A DNA stretch of 63,851 nt, counting the filler, from Hausera hauseri (Eukaryota): the NCBI GenBank assembly GCA_046269625.1. It is 11 parts of 11 records of this genome, joined end to end, with 100 filler letters (N's around TTAATTAATTAA, not from the genome) between each part and the next. Parts side by side here need not be neighbours in the genome. Positions count along the whole stretch, not along the records: positions 54,376 to 59,500 come from JBJURY010327605.1; positions 59,601 to 63,851 come from JBJURY010675551.1; 9 more parts are not named here. The stretch is one strand, 5' to 3'. Position numbers and translations under genes: made by a program. Of this stretch, positions 58,601 to 63,851 are shown piece after piece. The notes under the pieces were generated by a model. The model saw nothing but the letters and a program-made list of their open reading frames with translations, was not told the origin of the DNA and searched no databases. The stretch's first letter is position 1. Every line of letters starts with the position of its first letter.

Positions 58601-59095
58601 AATAAAACATACCTACCAGAGGATCTATACTCGGTGAAATTCGTCTGGTTGAGAAACCAGACACCGTGCGGTTTCCAACCACGGTATTTAGGACCTTACA
58701 AACTAGTTCAGTTGCACGCCCATAATGCCATTATTTTTAAAGATGGAAAAGAACTAGAGGTGCACATCAACAACGTAACGCCCGCCTTTTTCGTCAATGA
58801 TGCACCTCAAACTGAACCTTCTACACCTTCTTTGACGCCACCGCTTTTTCCAATTTCTATTCCTCCAAACCCTTCACCTACCCCGCTACTAGAACCTACC
58901 CGTAAAACTCCTACCACTAATCTCCCCAATTTTCTCCCAGTTTCTCCTACATTTTCCCTTCCAGCCCATTCCTCGTCGCTGAACGATGCAATCCTCAACA
59001 ACAATGTCCGACATAGTTTTATCTCCATCGACGTGTCAACCAGATTCAACGATACTAAAAAAAGGCAAATCGGTCACTTTCAGTACCTACAGTAG
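55690..59095 (+). pseudogene. pol: pol (PR-RT-RH-IN), many frameshifts
   Basis: DTG, SPWSSPLHVV, KIDLAKAYHQIP, YIDD, TDAS, FDRELLA, HHPG..CAAC, HIDLVGP, TDQG, HPQSNGLLER, GPY. Confidence 0.9.
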
Positions 59096-59313
59096 AGTGA
59101 TAATACTGAAGGTATACAACGCATTGTACATACGAAGACCGTATAGTTAGTTCACATTATTTCGCTTTACGTTCATTTCGTATTTCCTTTTATCTCTACA
59201 GTTCATCAATCGACACAAATCCATCTAATAAATACCACATAGTTGTTCCAGACTGTTCCGTTTTTGTGTCCCTTTAGTATTTCCTCTTAACTGTATAGTT
59301 CACACTTTGCCAC

Positions 59314-59500
59314 GGGGGAGTGATGTTGTGCCCAACAATGATTCTTAAATACTCTGTTTCATTCTCCCCATTTGTTATGCTTTGTTATGTATTCGTCGAC
59401 GAATTGACAACGTTTTGATGCTTTTGTTTTATCGTGTCGAAGTACTTCATCATGATCACAACAATCTGTATTTTGTAAATCCCTTTGTTCGAGATTTGAT
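59314..59500 (+). repeat. Polypurine tract and beginning of 3' LTR
   Basis: GGGGGAG at 59314-59320 followed by TGTTG at 59324. Confidence 0.65.
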
Positions 59501-59600
59501 NNNNNNNNNNNNNNNNNNNNNNNNNNNNNNNNNNNNNNNNNNNNTTAATTAATTAANNNNNNNNNNNNNNNNNNNNNNNNNNNNNNNNNNNNNNNNNNNN

Positions 59601-60038
59601 GTAATTCTTGTTGGCTTGGATATCAACGGATACAGATTTAAACTATACATTGAATTTATAAATGTACTGATGTTATTTGAATCTGTTTTATTTCCCAGGT
59701 CAATATTAAAGTCTCCACACAAAAAAACTTTTTTATTAAAACTCTTTTCCAATAGCTCCATGATTTTATCAGTGAATATTTCTATATTTGATCCTGGTGA
59801 TCTATATACACAACTTATTATTATGTTTTTATCATTCTTGTTTATTATTTCTATTGTTATCATTTCCATAATATTGTCAACAAATATTGACATTTCACTA
59901 ATTAATTTACATTTTATTTCATTATTAACAAATAGAGCGACTCCACCACCCCTTTTATTATTTCTGTTCATATGATATAATTCATACCCTTCGATGTGAA
60001 CATTATTTGCGTTTTCATCACTGAGCCATGTCTCTGAC
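59601..60038 (-). mobile_element. Non-LTR retrotransposon (CR1/L2-group) AP-endonuclease fragment
   Basis: SETWL, RGGGVALFV, VYRSP, CGDFNID, PTR motifs. Interrupted by the LTR at 60039. Confidence 0.88.
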
Positions 60039-60529
60039 TGTCAGAGTGGCACGTGCTGCAGCTCTAAGATGGCCGCCAATTACCCTCAGCTGACGGCCAT
60101 CCACCTGATGAGTTCCAACCCTACTTAAGGCTGCAGTCGAGTCCCACTCTTCGCTGGAACATTGATTCCTACTCATGCCCTCTCGTCAATTGTTGGGTCT
60201 GGTCACGGTTCTCCTGGATCCACATCTTCATGCCTCGTGCTTTGCCCTCCAGCCACTAGCCTGCCTCGGTTGCCCTCTGGAAATCTCCATCGGATCCATC
60301 CCTCTGCACCGACTGTAAGAACAAACAACACCATATCAATTATCACAGAAAACCTCTTGGCCTAGCCCTCCTGACGCTCTGCTTCCCCTTCCAGGATTCT
60401 CCGGAGGAACCACAGATTTGCATTGCATTTGAGTGTTATCACTGTAAATAATAAACACTGTTAAATTTCACTTCAGAGTCTTGTCGTTCCGGGTCTCGTT
60501 TCAATCTGGGTTTACCACAGATTCTGACA
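60039..60529 (+). repeat. 5' LTR of fish-type (sushi-like) Gypsy
   Basis: TGTCAGA...TCTGACA inverted termini, AATAAA at 60450, directly upstream of gag. Confidence 0.8.
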
Positions 60530-60532
60530 GAA

Positions 60533-63133
60533 TGCTCCAGCCAAACAAAACCCAGAACGAGACCAGGAGCGAACAGGCCTGTTCCTCACAAGCGGAGCGC
60601 GTAGACCAACTTGAAGTAATGTTAAAACAAGTGTTAAGCCAACAACTCAAGACTCAGTCTAACCTACAAGAACTCGGAGGTATGGTTTATTCAATTAATC
60701 AGAGACTTGCACCTGCTCCTCCTACAGACTCAGCGCCTCCCCAAGCGGCAAGTTCGAGTTCGGCAAACCTCAGCCCTGAAGGTGACTATTCTTCCCCTCA
60801 ACAACTGTTGGTCAAACCCTCTGAACTTTTTTCAGGAGATCCAGCTCAATGCGAGGGTTTTCTCTTCCAGTGCAAACTCGCTTTCAAGGGAGCACCCCAA
60901 TTATATTCTTCAGACATCAAAAAGATTACGTATTTCATCAGTCAACTAAAAGGTAATGCTCTCCAGTGGGCGGCCTCTTACCTTCATCACCATGAGTTGG
61001 ATTCTGTTTCGTTTGCCCTTTTTCTCGATGAGTTCCGCAGAATTTTTGACCGGCCGCTACAACAATCCAATGCTGAGAAGCGATTGACGGGGTTACAACA
61101 GTGTCGACGTCCGGTCTCCGAACACGCCCTGGAGTTCCGCATCCTCGCAGCCCAAACGAGTTGGAATGACAGGGCACTACAAGGTACTTTTTTAAATTCC
61201 CTATCTGATTATATCAAGGACGAAATTGCAGCAAGAGATGAACCAGCTAACTTCGATGCACTGATTAATTTGGCTATCTCTATTGACGAACGCTTCCGGG
61301 AACGCCGCCGAGAGCGCGACTACAACTCCCAGAGATCCTCCACTTCTGGTTTCTTGATGTCATCAGATAGAGGTCACCACTTCAATGTTAAACCTCGTAG
61401 TCCTCTAGCACCATCTTCTGGCCCTTCATTAGTTACGACTGAATCAGAACCCATGCAGATTGGGAGTACCTGTTTAACATCTACTGAGAGACAAAGGCGT
61501 AAGATGGACCCAATTCCTATAGCCGGAGTGACTGGGGAGACTTTGGCACAGGTACATTTCAAAACTATTAACCTACATTTAATCACCTCTGGCAATCATC
61601 ATGAGGAGGTTAGTTTATTTGTGGTTGATTCACCTTCAACGCAGCTTATTTTAGGTTACCCTTGGTTACGGGATCATAATCCTCATTTTAATTGGGAACT
61701 TGGTAGGGTAGAACGATGGAGTGACAAATGTTTAAAGCTTTGTCTCCGCTTTGGTGTCTCCAATCCTTCTTTAAGTATACAGAACACAGAGAACATTGAC
61801 CTTTCTAGCATTCCCTCTGAATATCATGATTTGGCTCTGGTGTTTAGTAAACATAAGGCTCTTTCTCTACCTCCTCATCGCCCTTATGACTGTTCCATCA
61901 ACCTACTCCCTGGAGCCCCCTTACTGACTAGTCGCTTATTCCACCTTTCTGGTCTTGAACGTGACTCTGTGAGGTCTTACGTTGAGGAGTCCCTGGACTC
62001 GGGGATCATCTGTCCTTCAACTTCTCCGGTGGGGGCAGGTTTCTTCTTCGTCACTAAAAAAGATAAGACACTAAGTCCATTATTGATTATCGAGGGCTGA
62101 ACAACATAACAATAAAGAACAAATACCCACTACCATTAATCGACTCCATCCACAAACAGTTATTACCTGTCACCATCTTTACAAAACTGGACCTCCGCAA
62201 TGCCTATCACCTTGTCCGAATCAAGGAAGGTGATGAGTGGAAAACAGCATTCAAGACACCTCTTGGTCATTTCGAATACCTCGTCATGCCCTTTGGCCTC
62301 ACTAATGCCCCCACAGTTTTTCAGGCACTCATGAATGATGTGTTAAGAGACTTTATTGGAGATTTTGTATTTGTCTATTTGGATGATATTCTTGTCTACT
62401 CCAGAAACAGGACTGAACACATTTCCCATGTCAGGCAAGTTCTCCAGAGACTTTATGAAAACCAACTTTTTGTTAAGGGAGAAAAATGTGATTTCCATAC
62501 ATCCTCTGTTTCTTTTTTGGGATTTATCTTCGGTGAGGGGCACTACAGGACAGACCCTAAAAAGATTAAGGCAGTGGTGGAGTGGCCGGTTCCAGACACC
62601 AGGAAACAGTTACAACGTTTTTTAGGTTTTGCAAACTCCTATTAGGCCCTGTGATGGACTTGCGACCCGTCCAGGGTGTACCCCGCCCCTCGCACTGTGA
62701 TTGCTGGACATGGGCACCGGCGACCCCCGTGACCCAAAAAAATGGAAGAAACGGGTAAAGATAATGGATGGATGGAAACTCCTATTGTCATTTTATTAAA
62801 AACTACAGTCGCATTGCGGCACCTCTGTCTTTGCTTACCTCCATTAACAGAGCTTTCAAATGGACTCCAGAAGCTGACTCTGCTTTCGGTAAGCTCAAAT
62901 AACTTTTTTCGTCCGCACCCATCCTCTGCCATCCAGACCCAACTCATCAGTTTATCCTCGAGGTTGATGCCTCTGACACCGGGGTGGGTGCAGTACTGTC
63001 CCAGAGATCACCTATGGACAATAAGGTACATCCATGCACCTTTTTTTCTCACCAGTTGTCTCCGGCTGAAAGAAACTATGACATAGGCAACAAGGAGTTA
63101 CTCGCCGTAAAACTGGCGTTGGAGGAGTGGAGG
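60533..63133 (+). pseudogene. sushi-like Gypsy gag-pol with internal deletion, frameshifts and a SINE insertion
   Basis: Gag FSGDP..CEGFL, EPMQIG; the zinc knuckle and protease DSG are deleted; [24 protein letters not shown]; [26 protein letters not shown]. Confidence 0.88.
62644..62775 (+). mobile_element. 5'-truncated fish SINE (V-SINE-like) with 11-bp TSD
   Basis: CCCTGTGATGGAC..GCGACC.GTCCAGGGTGTACCCCGCC body, (TGGA)n tail, TSD AAACTCCTATT at 62633-62643 and 62776-62786. Confidence 0.8.
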
Positions 63134-63851
63134 CTCTCTCCGGGGTCGTCTTTCTCCTCGCCCTGGCCTGGACAGCAGGGGCAGGGCGTGAAGTACAGGT
63201 AGATGATGACCATAACTATGCTGATCAGGCACGCCACCAGGGTGGTGTAGGCTGTTTTTAGGTTCTCCAGTCCGCCGCGCAAGGTGGAGTTAAACACCAC
63301 CACAGTTATGTGCAGAGTCTGGTTGAGAGAATCGCCTGTAGCGTAGCAGGTGTACAACCCAGAGTGCTCAAACCTCAGGGGCCCTATTTGAAGGTTGCCA
63401 TTGCTAAGGATTTCAGCTGTCTTATTCGCTAAAGACAGTGAGGTATTTTCTGGCAGCTCCCATCTTTTCATCACGTTTCTCTGCCTGGTGTCACAGTCCA
63501 GCCTAATGGACTGCTCCAGGTAAGCCTCCTGTTTCAGAGCCTTGACCTCGCTGCAGTTCAGATAGGCCTTGTCCAGATCCAGTATCAGCATTACCTCCCT
63601 GTGCACACCTGGTATCACACAAGTGTGGTTGCTCCTGAAGTCCACAGCCGGGCTGAGCTTCTGGAGGTGCCACTGCGCCACAAACTCGTACAGCTCGCAG
63701 CTGCAGGTCAGAGGGTTGTTGTGGAAGTAGATGCCGTTCTTGATCCAGGCACGCAGAGCCTGAAGCTCCTGCAGCTGCAGGGCTTTAAACCTGTTGGAGG
63801 AAACGTCCAGCAGGCTGAACCTTTCCAGACGGCGTTTCTCCTTCAGCACCT
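63120..63851 (-). CDS. amigo1: Amphoterin-induced gene 1 (LRR-CT, Ig, TM), partial
   Basis: [24 protein letters not shown], Ig domain [35 protein letters not shown]. The cytoplasmic tail is replaced by Gypsy sequence. Confidence 0.82.

Larger units (their letters stand above)
54376..59500 (+). mobile_element. Decayed Gypsy LTR retrotransposon, CsRn1-like
   Basis: gag with YYH.KF..KA.KC...C motifs, protease FLIDTGA (about 55712), RT (RPCGDYR, MPFGLRNA, YIDD), RH, IN, PPT and start of the 3' LTR. Confidence 0.9.

Noticed and set aside
6083-59600. Recurrent TTAATTAATTAA motif as a biological site, or cross-contig operons
   Set aside because: It is always centred in N runs and is a synthetic linker, so adjacency across linkers has no meaning.

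Overview
This window is not a continuous locus. It is a concatenation of 11 eukaryotic contigs joined by artificial 100-nt N/TTAATTAATTAA linkers and strongly enriched in virus-like mobile elements. Contents: (1) a Ty3/Gypsy pol plus F-type env abutting the last exon of a fish-like fbxw8; (2) a decayed Gypsy 3' end carrying an REX4/ISG20-like exonuclease homologue with degenerate catalytic residues; (3) a decayed Polinton/adintovirus protein-primed PolB; (4) an intronless SNRK whose kinase N-lobe looks foreign; (5 and 9) two diverged copies of one Polinton-like virus (ATPase, integrase-chromodomain; copy 9 also penton, dUTPase, a TBP-like gene and a possible TFIIB-like gene); (6) decayed ORFs including a ubiquitin-like domain upstream of a chuvirus-type glycoprotein; (7) a 14.3-kb, largely open, circularly permuted Gypsy-like element organised like a complex retrovirus; (8) a 46-bp satellite; (10) a decayed CsRn1-type Gypsy; (11) nested LINE/Gypsy/SINE fused to amigo1. 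The element in contig 7 has an F-type env with a C-type-lectin-like insert, a 669-aa orphan ORF, one LTR with a splice donor in R, an array of about 7 small ORFs before gag, and a -1 frameshift pseudoknot. The best candidates for undescribed systems are the contig-7 element and the TBP/TFIIB-like module of the Polinton-like virus. All family assignments come from motif recognition by eye; no searches were run.
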